Assembly: GCA_963514005.1 (NCBI GenBank) | Contig: OY740791.1 | Location: 43,028,001 to 43,092,000 of the forward strand | Origin: Raja brachyura | Taxonomy: Eukaryota | Reading direction: 5' to 3' | Length of the DNA stretch: 64,000 bases | Shown here: piece by piece, positions 12,836 to 26,179 of the stretch | Layout: each line of letters begins with the position of its first letter | Numbering within the stretch: the stretch's first letter is position 1 | Made by a program: the position numbers and the translations under genes | Notes under the pieces: model-generated | What the model saw: only the letters and a program-made list of their open reading frames with translations | Told to the model about the DNA's origin: nothing | The model's database searches: none

Positions 12836-14407
12836 GTAAAACAACCAAGCCTGTGCAACCTCTCCCTGTGGCTAATATCCCCTAATCCAGGCTTCATTCT
12901 GGCAAACCTCCCTCTGCACCCTGTCCAAAGCCTCCACATCCTTCCTGTAATGGGGCAACCACATTTTTAAGAGTAATGCCAGGTTAAGTAACTTTGGCAT
13001 GTCACAAATATACCACTAACGATCTCGGGGGGATTGGAGCCCAGGTTTCCTGAGGGAAGCATTGGCAATTACTGAGAGCTGCTTTAATGCTCACACTGTT
13101 GGGGAGTGCGGTCTGGGTCGCGACCGACAGTGTCATTAGCAGACCTGCTCCTTGCAGCACAATAATGATCTCGGCCTGGGGTCATAGGAGTAGGATCAGA
13201 AAATGCTGGAAATAATTGGCGGCTCTTGCGAGAAACGCAGTGTTCAGATTTATTTTAACGAGGGCACATCTCACCAAGTGTTGCCAAGGTGCAGAGAACC
13301 GAGCTGTAATGAGCGGGGAGGAGGGTTGGGCAAGAGACACGGGCTGGCGCGGTGGGCAAAGACGGGGCAAATGGAGTTTAATGCTGGGAAACAGGAGGTC
13401 ATTAATTTTGGTAAGTGGGGTGGGGGGAGGGAGAATGTATAGAAAAGAACTGCAGATGCTCGTTCATACCAAATATAGACACAAAGTTCTGGAGTAACTC
13501 GGCGGGTCAGGCAGCATCTCTGGAGAAAAAGGATGGGTAACGTTTTTGATCGGGAACCTTCTTCAGACTGAGTAGAGGCGGGAAAAGGCCAGAACAAAGC
13601 AGGACCAGCAACTGATGGCCAAGGAAGGGTGGAGCTCCCCCCCCCCCGAACTATTATAGTCATCGTCCACTCCCTTCCCCCCCCCACCCGAGCCGTAATT
13701 CCCTTGCTCCCCTCTCTAGTCACATCCTTGTATCCCTTCGCTATCACCTCTTCCCCAGCCTACAATGGACCATTGTGGGCTCCACCCCTTCCCTGGTCAT
13801 CTGTTGCTGGCCCTTGATTTGGTCTGGCATTTTCCTACCTCCAGTACCCTCCCCTCTACTTGCAGTCTAAAGAAGGGTTCTGATCCGAAAAGTCACCAGT
13901 CCTTTTTCACCAGGGATGCTGCTTGACCCGCTGAGCTACACCAGTAATTTGTATCTATCTGAGGGGCCATGTTGACTGATGGAAATAGTTTGTGAGAAGC
14001 AGATTTTTACACAAATCTTCAAAGTAGACAGGACAGCATAAGACTTTAACTAAACGTTATTCCCTTTATCTTGTACGTGTACACTGTGAGTAGCTTGATT
14101 GTAATCATGTACAGTCTTTTCACTGACAGGATTGCATGCAACAAAAGCTTTTCACTGTGCATCGGTACACGTGACAATAGACTAAACTAGAGATAGAGCA
14201 TGAAAAGATCATAAAATCATGTTAGGAGCAGAATTAGACCATTCGGCCCATTAAGCCTACTCCGCCATTCAATCATGGCTGATCTATCTGACTCTCCTAA
14301 CAGGCCCTTCGACCCACCAAGTCCATGCTAACCATTGATCACCTGTTCATGCCCATTTTATGTTATCCCACTTTCTCATCCATTCCCTACACACTAGGGG
14401 CAATTTA

Positions 14408-15334
14408 ATCATAATCGTATCATAATCATAATCATACTTTATTAGCTAAGTATGTTTTGCAACATACGAGGAATTTGATTTGCCATACCGTCATACTAAT
14501 AAAAAGCAACAGAACACACAATATTGACAATAGACAACAGTTGCAGGAGTAAGCCATTCGGCCCTTCGAGCCAGCACCGCCATTCAATGTGATCATGGCT
14601 GATCATCCACAATCATTACCTCGTTCCTGCCTTCTCCCCGTATCCCCTGACTCCGGTATCTTTAAGAGAGATACATTTAAATATCCACCACAGTGACTCC
14701 TCCACATTCCTCACGGTGAAGGAAGGCGAAATAAAGTTCAGTCTCTTCCCTTCTTTGTCCTCCAGCAGTCGGGGACCTCTAACCTTCTGTTGATGGGACG
14801 ATCTTACACCCGTAGCCAAGCAGCGGGCCTCTTCGTCGGGCAATCAAGCTCCTGCATCGGGGGGAAACTCAATTCCCCGCGCTGGGCGATCTACCTCAGG
14901 TCGGGGCTAGTCGAACGTCGTGCGGTTTTGGAGCTTCCCGACTCGATCTCTCCCGAGTCTGTGATCTCCTTGATGTTAAAGTATGGAGGCCACGGTTGGA
15001 GCGCCGAACCCAGTCAAGGGATCGGCTCCAATGGTAAGTCCACGCCTCCGCGGTTGGGCTCAAAGTCAGTCCCGAGCAAGGCCTCCAGCTCCACAATGTT
15101 AGGCCGCAGAGCGACCAGAGGTATGACCTGGAAAACAATCGCATCTCCGGCAAGGTAAGAGAATGAAAAAAGGTTTTTCCCGACCCCCCCCCCCCCCCCC
15201 AACCCCACATAAAACACACCAGAAAACATTAACACAAACTTTTTAAACACAATAAAAATAACAAAAAAAGATGAAAAAGACAGACAGACTGTAGGTGAGG
15301 CTGCCATCAAAGCGCCACCCAGAGCTAATGGGTG
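14408..15334 (-). mobile_element. Related non-coding retroelement, inside a SINE and itself interrupted by a CR1 tail
   Basis: Shares AATATCCACCACAGTGA and AGACAGAC.GACTG.AGGTGAG blocks with 30604-31503. Has AATAAA plus an (ATTATG)n tail. Confidence 0.55.
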
Positions 15335-15850
15335 GTAATTACACTGGGCCAATTAACCTACAATCACTTTAAGACTTGGGAGGCAATCGGAGCACCCAAT
15401 GGAAACCCATCAAGTCACAGAGAACATGCAAACTCCACACAGACAGGGTGATCCCTGGTCAGCGTGGTCCCGGTGGACCGAAGGGCCTGTTTCCGAGCCA
15501 TCTCTAAAGTCTCATGTTTATGGCGGCACAGTGGCACTGAGGTAGAGCTGATGCCTTACAGCGCCAGAGCCCTGGGTTCGATCCCAACCTCGGGTGCTGT
15601 CTGTGTGGAATTTCTACATTCTCCCTGTGACTGTGTGGGTTTACTCCAGGTGCTCCAGTTTTCCTTCCACATTCCAAAGACATGAGGGTTTGTGGGTGAA
15701 TTGGCCCTCTGTAAATTGTTCCGAGTGTATAGGGAGTGGATGAGAAAGTCTCCCTCTCTCTCTCTCTCCTCTGTGTTTCTCTCACTTCATTTGTCTCTCT
15801 CCCATTCTCTGTCTGTCTGTCTGTCTGTCACCCTCTCCCCCTCGCCCTTT

Positions 15851-15893
<43 letters not shown>

Positions 15894-16548
15894 TCCATCA
15901 GTAGAGCTTGTATAAACTCAAGTTCTAACACTTGATTTGTCAGTTTTACAACATTGAGAAATAGCCAGATAATATAAATGGAGCCAACACTTTAGGGAGC
16001 TTTTTGAGCGAACACAATGTTCTTCCAGAGGTTCAGCGATGATCTTGCAGGTACATGGAAGCTCCAAATGGCCCTAACCTCATACACAAGAGAGTGTGTA
16101 GTGAGTGCTAGGGTATCGGTGACCGCTGATTGGCGCTGACTCAGTAGGTCGGTGGTTCCCTGCTGTATCTCTGAACTAAACTAAAACAAAGTTGTTCCAT
16201 CCCACACTTAACCAGGCGGCACAGTGGCACAGTGGTTGCCTAATAACGCCAAAGACCTGGGTTCGAACCTGACTACGGGTGCTGTCTGAACGGAGTTTGT
16301 ACGTTCTCCCTGTGTCCGCGTGGCTTTTCTCCGAGTGCTCCGGTCTCCTCCCACATTCCAAAGACGTGCAGATTTGCAGGTTAATTGGCTTCTATAAATT
16401 GTGTCGAGTGTGTAGGATAGAACTAGTGTACTGATGATCATTGGTCGGAATAACCCTTAATCTTAAACTGTAGCCCCTGGTCCTGGACTCCCCCAACATC
16501 GGAACATGGTACCCAGCTTTGGTCCTTCATCTAAATCATTCATGTATA

Positions 16549-16812
16549 CTAGACTAAGTGGGACCCATTGGGTCCCTGTCACACGGGACCTGGTTTCCCA
16601 ACGCAACCCGTTCCCCAATGCAATATTCCACCACTCACGCATTGCCCCCAACTGCGCAGGCGCAGTTCATTTCCCATCCCCCAGCACCCCCCCCCCCTCC
16701 TCTTCACCCTCCCTCTTCTTTCCCCTCTCCTCCTCCCCTCGCCCAATCCCTCCCTCACCTCTCCCTCCCTCTCTCTTCTTTCCCCTACCCTCAGTCACTC
16801 TCTCCCTCCCTC
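16549..16812 (-). mobile_element. Probable Helitron 3' terminus
   Basis: On the minus strand a GGGACCC-AAT-GGGTCCC hairpin, a 7-nt spacer, then CTAG followed by T. The 5' end was not identified. Confidence 0.5.
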
Positions 16813-17004
16813 CATAAAAAGCAGCATCTGCAGTTCCTTCCTCCACAGGTCATTCATTGGTAGCTGTCATTTAGATCCAGTTGATGACGATTGGACCAGT
16901 TTGCATTATTTGTGTGTGCGTGTGTGTGTGTGTGTGTGTGCGTGCGTGTGTGTGTGTGTGTGCGTGTGTGCGTGCGTGTGCGTGTGTGCGTGTGTGCGTG
17001 TGTA

Positions 17005-17600
17005 TCCAATGCATCCACGATTTCTAGAGCCACCTCCATGAGTACCTTGGGATGCAGACCATCAGGCCCTGGGGATTTATCAACCTGCAGTCCCATCAGT
17101 CTACCCAACACCATTTCCTGCCTAATGTGAATTTCCTTCAGTTCCTCCGTCACCCTAGGTCCTCTGTTCCCCTCGTACCACTGGGAGATTGTTTGTGTCT
17201 TCCTTAATGAAGACAGAACCAAAGTACCTGTTCAACTCTTCTGCCATTTACTTGTTCTCCATTATAAATTCACCTGTTTCTGTCTTCAAGGGACCCACAT
17301 TTGTCTTAACTAATGTTTTCCTCTTCACATACCTAAAGAAGTTTTACTATCCTCCTTTATAATCTTGGCTAGCTTACCTTCGTACCTCATCTTTTCTCCC
17401 CGTATGGCCTTTTTAGTTACTTTCTGTTGATTTTTAAAAGTTTCCCAATCCTCTGGCTTCCCGCTCATCTTTGATATGTCATACGTCTTCTCTTTTATTT
17501 TTTACTATCCTTGACTTCCCTTGTCAGCCACAGTCGCCTCTTACTCCCCCTTAGAATCTTTCTTCCTCTTTGGAATGAACTGATCCTGCATCCTCTGGAT
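17005..17600 (-). mobile_element. CR1 LINE ORF2 internal fragment
   Basis: DKSPGPDGLHPKVLMEVALEIVDAL motif. Confidence 0.8.
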
Positions 17601-20305
17601 TCATACGGTGATGGGCCCAGCACCCATCCCTCAGGCCCACCACGAGTCACAGGCTTAATTCCATATCTTATTCTGAACTCGTACAACTGATAAATTGTAA
17701 TCATGCCCAAATTTAGTTCTTATCCACATAACTAATCTGATTTTTGTGGCTTAACGGGCATCCAGAAAGCATTTCTTTTTAAAGCCAAATATTTCTGTGC
17801 AGCTTTTGCACAAAGTCCTATTTGGTAATCCTGTTTAATGTCTGCGATGGAACTACTTCACAAAAAACATATTTAGCTCCGAGTATTTCATAACCTGCAG
17901 TAATTAATTTAGTAGTTCTGGATTTTGTTTAATGAATTCTCCACATCAAAACTTCTGAAGGAACTCGGAGTCTCAAATAAATTCTGAGGACGAGCAACTG
18001 TGGTTACTTTGATACTAACAATAGACAGAGAGGAGATGGCAGTGTGGTGGATAGATATTCATACAGCACGGGAACAGGCCCTTCGACCCAACTTGCCCAT
18101 GCTAACCAACATGGCCCAACTACACTAGTCCCACCTGCCTGCATTCGGTGCATATCCCTCTAAACCTGTCCTATCCAGGTACCTGTCTAATATTTCTTAA
18201 ATATTATAGTACCTGCCTCAACTATCTCCACTGGCAGCTCATTCCAAACACCCTCCACTGTTGAATTAAACGCCATTTGTCATTCCTCGGCCCACTTAGC
18301 CTAGTTCAGTTTATTATTGTCACATGTACCAAGTGAAAAGCATTCGTTGCATGCTATTCAATTAACGAAAAGACTATACATAATTACAATCAAGCCATCA
18401 GCAGTGTACAGATACAGAAAATAGGAGTACGATTTAGTGCAAGATGAAGTCCAGTAGAGTTCAATTAAAGATAGTCCAAGGGTCTCCAATGAGGTTGACG
18501 GGTGGTTAGGGCTGCTCTCTAGATGGTGAGAGGATGGTATTATCCAGCTGAACAAGCTCCCTCTGTAATTATTATAGTTTAGAGATACAGCATGGAAACA
18601 GCCTTCAGCTGACCCAGTCCACGGCGACCAGCGATCAGTCGTACACTAGCAAGATGCTACACACTAGAGACAATTTACAGAAGCCAATTAACCTACAAAC
18701 CCGGGGGGTAAACACAAAATGCTGGAGTAACTCAGCGGGACAGGCAGCATCTCTGGAGAGAAGGAATGAGTGACGTTTTGGGTCGAGACCCTTCTTCCGA
18801 CTGATTTATTTATCTTTATTTGTGCTTCAGTTTGAAGGAGGGTCTCGTCACCCATTCCTTCTCTCCAGAGATGCGGCTTGCCCTGCTGAGTTACTCTGAG
18901 TTGCTCCAGCATTTTGTGTCGACCTTCGATTTAAACCAGCATCTGCAGTTCTTTCCTGCACAACCTACAAACCCGCACGTCTTTGAGATGTGGGAGGAAA
19001 CCAGAGCACCCGGAGGAAACCCACGCGGTCACAGGACTGCACCCGTAGTCAGGATCGAACCTGAGTCTCTGGCGCTGTAAGGCATCGACTCTACCTCTGC
19101 GCCACCATGTCTCCCTAATGTTCCTTCAGCACTTTGCCAAGTACCTTCAGCACTTTGTGTTTTGCTTGAGATTCCAGCACCTGCAGTTCCTTGCTTCTGC
19201 GGATACTTTTTCCCCGTTGAAGGCTCATTAACAGAGCAGGTTTCTGATGTGGAAATCACTTTTTGCCTTTGGGCAAAATCTCACACCTTCGTCTTGAGAC
19301 CAGCACACCAAACCGCACTGCTAACTTAAAAACACATTACAGATCTAAAGAGGGTGAACATATTACCCAACAGGTAAACAGACCGAAATATTTGGACAGA
19401 ATTGAGTTTCCCTTTGAACTGTGCACCTTCTGTCTTGGTGCCTTAAGAATACTTTCTGCAGGCTTGAGGAATTACTTTGAAAACAATTTTGCTTTTTTTT
19501 GTTTCAATATTATTTTTGCCTAATCACGCAATCAAAAGTCGTTCTGTACCCACACTCCCCACCGAATCCTCGTGGCTATTCATCCTGTGCACCGGTCTGA
19601 TCAATGCTCCACTTGTGTGCAGACCCTTTACTGGGAATTAAAGCATTAACTCTTTCTGTCCAAGCTTTCACAGGGCAGCACAGTGACGCAGCAGGTAGAG
19701 CTGCTGCCTCGCAGCGCCAGGGACCTGGGTTCCATCCTGACCTCGGGTGTTATCTGCTTGTGTGGAGTTTGCACGTTCTCCCTGTGACTGCTTGGATTTC
19801 CCCCGGGTGCTCCGGTTTCCTCCAACATTCCATAGACGCCCAGGTTTGTAGGTCGATTGTCCATCTGTAATTTGCCCTCTAGTGTGCAGGGAGTGGATGA
19901 GAAAGTGGGATAACATAGAACTAGTGAGAACGAGTGATCGATGGTCGGCGTGGACTGGGTGGGCAGAAGGGCCTGTTGCCACATTATATCTCTAAACAGC
20001 AGACCTCAGTACATCGGAGGCCTGGACGCAAGGAACTGCAGATGATGGTTTTCATAACAGGACACAAAGTGCTGGAGTAACTCAGCAGGTCAGGCAGCAT
20101 CTCTGGAGAACATGAATGGGTGATGTTTTGGTTCGGGGCCCTTCTTCAGACTGGGAGTCTGCTGCTTGTCACCTCAAGTCATAGAGTTACAGCGATGAAA
20201 CTAGTCCCACCTGCCCACTTTTGGCCCATATCTCCCTAAACTGTCCTATCCATGTTGTTTAAGAAGGAACTGCAGATGCTGGAAAATCGAAGGTGGACAA
20301 AAGTG

Positions 20306-20333
20306 CTGAAGAAGGGTTTCAGCCCGAAACGTT
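20306..20333 (+). ncRNA. Minimal hammerhead motif (Penelope-derived repeat)
   Basis: CTGAAGAAGGGTTTCAGCCCGAAACGTT; variant stem II that still pairs (GGGUU/AGCCC). Confidence 0.55.
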
Positions 20334-20758
20334 GCCTATTTCCTTCGCTCCATAGATGCTGCTGCACCCGCTGAGTTTCTCCAGCACTTTTGTCTACCTG
20401 TCCTATCCATGTGCCTGTCCAAGTGTCTTTCAAGATTAGTTGCTGTACCTACCTCAACCTGGGAATGATTGGGTTAACGTCTGATGAGCATTCAATGGCT
20501 CTGGGCCTGTACTCGCTGCAGTACTCAACAGCCCGCTCAACCTCTCCCTATAGCTCAGGCCCCCGAGTCCTGGCAACATCCCCGTAAAAGTTCACTGCAT
20601 TCTTTCCAGTTTAATGGCATCTCCCTTATAGCAGGGGACGACCAACCTGAACACAGTGTTTTAGAAAGAACTGCAGATGCTGGAAAAATCGAAGGTGGAC
20701 AAAATTGCTGGAGAAACTCAGCGGGTGAGGCTGCATCCATGGAGTGAAGGAAATAGGT

Positions 20759-20786
20759 GACGTTTCGGGTCAAGACCCTTCTTCAG
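20759..20786 (-). ncRNA. Minimal hammerhead motif (Penelope-derived repeat)
   Basis: Reverse complement reads CTGAAGAAGGGTCTTGACCCGAAACGTC. Confidence 0.6.
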
Positions 20787-21569
20787 AATCCCAGTCACAA
20801 GAAGGGTCTCAAACCAAAACGTCACCCATTCCTTTGCTCCATAGATGCTACCTCACCCACTGAGTTTCTCCAGCATTTTTGTCTAACTTGATACCTGAAG
20901 TATTCAAGATGGCCACAAAAAGCTGGAGTAACTCAGTGGGACAGGCAGCATCTCTGGAGAGAAGGAATGGGTGACATTTCGAGTCGAGACCCTTCTTCAG
21001 ACGCCACAGTATGCAAGTGCAGCCTCTTGATTGAGAGAACATTGTTGACATGACTCATGCAATGATTGTGTAGAAACAAGGATGTGCAGATGCTGGTTTA
21101 CATAAAAGGACACAAAGTGCTGGAGTAACTCAGTGGATCAACTTCAGAGCTGCTGCCTGACCTGCTGAGTTACTCCAGCACTCTGTGTGCTTTCATGCTG
21201 TGATTGGATGTTGAGTTGAGTTGAGTTTAGTTTAGTTTAGTTGAGTTTATGCAGTCAACGGAAAGACTATACATGATTACAATTGAGCCCTTCACGTGCA
21301 TAGATACAGAGTAATGTTTAGTGCAAAGTCCAGTAAAGTCTGATTAAAGATAGTCTGGGGGGCTCCGATGAGGTAACTGGGAGGTCAGGACGATTCACTG
21401 GTTGGACAGAACGGTTCAGCTCTCTCTCGCTCACTCTTATACCATTCTATTCTCCAACTCCCCCACATTCTACCCCTCACGCACACACTAGCAGCAATTT
21501 ACACAAGTGGGCGGGAAATGAAGCACCCGGATAAACCCACGCGGTCACAGGGAGAAGTGCAAACTTCAC

Positions 21570-22172
21570 ACAAATGCACACACACACACTCACACACACA
21601 CTCACACTCACACTCACACTCACACGCACACACAAACGCATGCACACAGACAAACACACACAGGCAGACACACGCATACTCAATATCTTGATTCAATGCG
21701 TTAAAAAAACAGGCCCTTCCGCCCATTGTCAATACCATACACGCACACGTGCAGACATAAACATATACACACACGCACACACACACACACACGCACACAC
21801 ACACGCACACACGCACACACGCACACAAGTACACAAGTACACATACATACCCGCACGTGCAGACGTAAACATAGACACACGCACAAACACACACACGCAC
21901 ACAAGTACACATACATACCCGCACGTGCAGACGTAAACNNNNNNNNNNNNNNNNNNNNNNNNNNNNNNNNNNNNNNNNNNNNNNNNNNNNNNNNNNNNNN
22001 NNNNNNNNNNNNNNNNNNNNNNNNNNNNNNNNNNNNNNNNNNNNNNNNNNNNNNNNNNNNNNNNNNNNNNNNNNNNNNNNNNNNNNNNNNNNNNNNNNNN
22101 NNNNNNNNNNNNNNNNNNNNACAAACGCACACACAGACACATACATAGACACATAACCGCACAAACAAACAC
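21570..22172. repeat. Compound (CA)n repeat containing an assembly gap (N 21939-22120)
   Basis: Directly visible. Confidence 0.9.
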
Positions 22173-22276
22173 ATTGAACCACTGTCTCTGGCGCTATGAG
22201 GCAGTGTCTCTACCCGCTGAGCTCGAGGCTTGTAGGCTCATTAAAAAATGAGCAGTTAATAGGAACAAATGAAATA

Positions 22277-22476
22277 CAGCTGCTCCTCGACCTACGATGG
22301 GGTTACGTTCCGATAAACCCATAGTAAATCGAAAATATCGAAAGTCGAAAACGTATTTAATACAATGCGATCACAGGACCGGCAGTGACGCGCGGCTCGC
22401 TGCTGTAGCCCAGCGTCTGCACCATCGTAAAGTCGAAATATCGTAAATCGAAGCATCGTAAATCGGGGAGCATCTG
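22277..22476. mobile_element. 200-bp pogo/Tigger-type MITE
   Basis: TA flanks on both sides. 23-bp TIRs CAGCTGCTCCTCGACCTACGATG and (reverse complement) CAGATGCTCCCCGATTTACGATG, with subterminal ATCGTAAATCGAA repeats. Confidence 0.88.
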
Positions 22477-25464
22477 TAATGAAGTGTTAGTTACAATGGC
22501 TAATCAGAGTTAATGAAGGATCGCAGCTGATTAAGCCTCAGCGAAGCTGGTCTCTCTAGAGGCCCTCTGTAAACGGCCTCCTCGTGGGTAGGGATCTATA
22601 GCCGGCGTGGACTCGGTGGGCTGAAGGGCCTGTTTCCATGGAAACTATTTTTTTGGAAATGTGGTTAAGTTCTCAAATATATTTTGTGAGATTCATTCCA
22701 GGGGGAGGCTTCATGAAATGTGCTGTCAGGCTTCTATATTTCATATCTTTATTAATCCCAGTGCTGCACAACTATATGGAAATGCAGTGAGGAGTTTTTT
22801 TTGTGTGCATTGTCACAGGTTTAACCTTGTGGCTTGTAAGAATGTAAAGCAAAATTACAGTTTTTAATTAATCAGTGACTCATCTACTTCAGAAAGAAGT
22901 CGGAAGAAAAATTATTAGTGTCAGTGAGATGGAGCTCAGACTCCTCTCTGAACCGTTGATGCACAATTCATTAGAAGACGGCTAGTTTATTTTATTTTAG
23001 TTTATTGTCACGTGTACCGAGGTACAGTGAAACATTTTTTTGTTGCTGCATGCTATCCAGTCTGTGGAAAAACTAGTTTAGTTTAGTTTATTATCAAACC
23101 GCATTTAAAGTATTGTGTTCAGTTCTGGGCACCATGCTATAGGAAAGATGGTGTTAAGTTGGAAAGGATTCAGAGAAGATTATCAGGGATATTGGCAGGA
23201 TGTGAGGGCCTGAGGTACTGGGAGAGGTTGAGCAGGCTAGGACTTGATTTCCTGGAGCGCAGGAGAATGAGGAGTGATCTTATAGAGTTGTACAAGATCA
23301 TGAGTGGAATAGAGCGGGTGCATGCCCGGAGTCTCATGCCAGGAGTAGGGGAATCGAGAACCAGAGAATAGGTTTATCAAGGGGGAAAGATTTCATAGGA
23401 ATCTGAGGGGTAGCTTTTTCCACACAAAGGATGGTGGGTGTATGGAATGAGCTGCCGGAGGAGGTGGTTGTGGCAGGCACTCCAGTCAGCAAAAAGACTC
23501 GTTTAGATTTGTTTTGTTTAGTATAGTTTGTCACATGGACTGAGTTACAGTGAGAAGCTTTTTGTTGCGTGCTATCCAGTCAGCAGAATGACTCTACATG
23601 ATTACAATCATGCCATTTACAGTGTGCAGATACAGGATAAATGGAATAGCATTTGGTGCAAGATAAAGTCCAGTAAAGATTAAAGATAGTCCAAGGTCCG
23701 TAGTGAGGTAGTTGGGAGGTCGGGACCGTTCTCTATTTGGTCGTAGGATGGTTCAGTTGCCTGATAACAGCTGGGAAGAAACTGTCCCTGAATCTGGAGA
23801 TGTGTGTTTTCACACTTCTGTACCTCTTGCCCGATGGGAGAGGGGAGAAGAGGGAGTGAGCGGTGGTGAGACCGGTGATTGGTTATGCTGGTGGCCTTGC
23901 CGAGGCAGTGTGGTGTAGATGGAGTCAATGATTAGAGGGTTACTATGGAAGTGAGTACATTCGCCAGTCAGAGAAAGCATCAGTTTCATGTTACGAGAAA
24001 TGGTAAATTCAAATGTCACTCATAGGATAATAGAGCTGGACAGCACAGAACAGGCCCTTCAGCCCAGCCTGTCCATGCTAACACTTGTACCCAACCACAG
24101 ACAGCTGTGAAGGCCAAGTCTTTGGGTATTTTTAAAGCAGAAATTAATAGACTCTTGATTAGTTCAGGTGTCAAGGGTTATGGGTAGAAGGCAGAAGAAT
24201 AGAGTTGAGAGGGAAATATAGATCAGCCAAGATTGAATGGCAGAGTAGCTGAATGGCCTAATTCTGCTCCTAGAACTTAGCCTCTATAAGCTAGCCTCTC
24301 ATATCGCATCTCATTGTAGAAATAAGGAACTGCAGACGCTGGTTTACAAAAAAAGACACAAATGCTGGACTAACTCAGCGGGTCAGGCAGCATCTCTGAA
24401 GAAAATGGGTAGGGGGTAGACGACATTTTGGGTGGGGACCCGGTGAGCTACTCCAGCACTTTGTGTCAATGTTGAAGCCGTGTCTGGGAAGTGGAGTTGT
24501 AGTTTGTTTTGTGAACCTGTTGCTCCATCTGCTGGTGAAGACTTGCCAGCACCAGGGATGAACATGGACAGACCCTCGAGCTAGCTCAACCCTCAAGATC
24601 CGTCCCACAAACACTTCCCGGCGAGCGTGGCCATACCCCTGACAGCAGGCCTGGCTCACCTGCCGCGGAAACACCGAGCCCGGCCCTTCAGGTGTCAGCG
24701 GTTACAGGAAGAAGACAGGAGAACGGGGTTAGGAGGGAGAGATAGATCAGCCATGATTGAATGACGGAGAAGACTTGACGGGCCGAATGGCCTAATTCTA
24801 CTACTATCTCTTCTGACCTTATGGCCTTATAGCCCCTGCACACCCCTGAAGACTGGAAACCAAAGATGAGGGTGGTGGGAGTCGGCCATGGTGGCAGATG
24901 ATGGACTAAAGGCCCGAAGATATCTAAGAAGGCAGGTGCGAGGAGCAGAGGGCCAGTGAGCAGACCGGCTGCAGGAGGCAGTGCACTGCCTCGATGGTGG
25001 TGGGCCACTGGAGAACTTGCAGCAGCCTGGGGCTCACTAGACCAGGGGCCGCACCAAGAGGCCCGAGCGCATGGAGTAAACATGGCCTGATTCTTGCCTC
25101 CAAACCTGTACATCTTTGTAGTGTGGGAAGAAACCAGAGCTCCTGGAGAAAGCCCACACAGTCACAGGGAGAACGTACAAACTCCGTACAGACAGCACCC
25201 ATAGTCAGGATCAAACCTGGGTCTCTGGCGCTGTGAGGCAACAGATCTGCTGTTTTTAAAAACATTTTTTAAACGTGGAAAAGTGGAACAGGCCAACTGT
25301 CATGACATTACTTAGACTCAAGGTGGTGACTGTGTTTCGTTGAAAGTATTGGCTGCATGGAACTGCCTTGGTTGCTGCAGAAACAAGGAACTGCAAATGC
25401 TGGTTATTGCACAAAAATACAGAAACGTTCATGCTGGAGTAGTTCAGAAGGTCAAGCAGAACTC

Positions 25465-25950
25465 CCTTTCATGTAGGTCATTCCCACACTGACTCTTCTG
25501 TCCTGGGCCTCCTCCTCTGTCAGAGTGAGGCCCAGCACAAATTGGAGGAACAGCACCTCATCTTTCGCTTGAGCAGCTTACAACCCAACGGTGTGAACGT
25601 TGATCTCTCCAATTGCAAGTAACTCCTGCATTGCCTCCCCTCACCTCTCCCCCAACCCCCCCCCCCCCCTTCCCCACCCTAGACCACAGTTTGCATCATT
25701 GTATTTCTCACGTTATTACCGTTTCCATGCCGACAATCGGCCATTTTGGGGCCTTAGCTATCTGTTGCTGGCCCTGATTTGTTCAGGCCTTTTCTTGCCT
25801 CCAGTTTATCCCCCCCCCCCCCACTTCTGCTTTCAGTCTGAACAAGGGTTCCCACCCTTTTATTTGTCTCCAGAGATGCTGCTTGACCTGCTGACCAGTT
25901 ACTCCGGCATTTTGTGTCTATCTTCCGTGTAAACCAGCATCTGCAGTTCA
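25465..25950 (+). mobile_element. Penelope-like 3' fragment
   Basis: Degenerate SVLGLL...KLEEQHLIFRL endonuclease C-terminus followed by pseudo-LTR sequence. Confidence 0.7.
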
Positions 25951-26179
25951 ATCCTGCTCATCCGCTGGTCTCCTCTCACACTGGGAGAAGAAAAACTAAA
26001 AACCAAGATACCCCACATCTACACTCGTCCCACCTGCCCAGATCTGGCCCATATCCCTCTAAACCTTTCCTATCCATGTACCTGTCCAAATGTCTGTTAA
26101 ATGTTTTCATAGTATCTACATCTGCCTGTTCATATTGTGAAGACATTATAAGCCATCAGGATAGAGTTGGGAAAATGTC

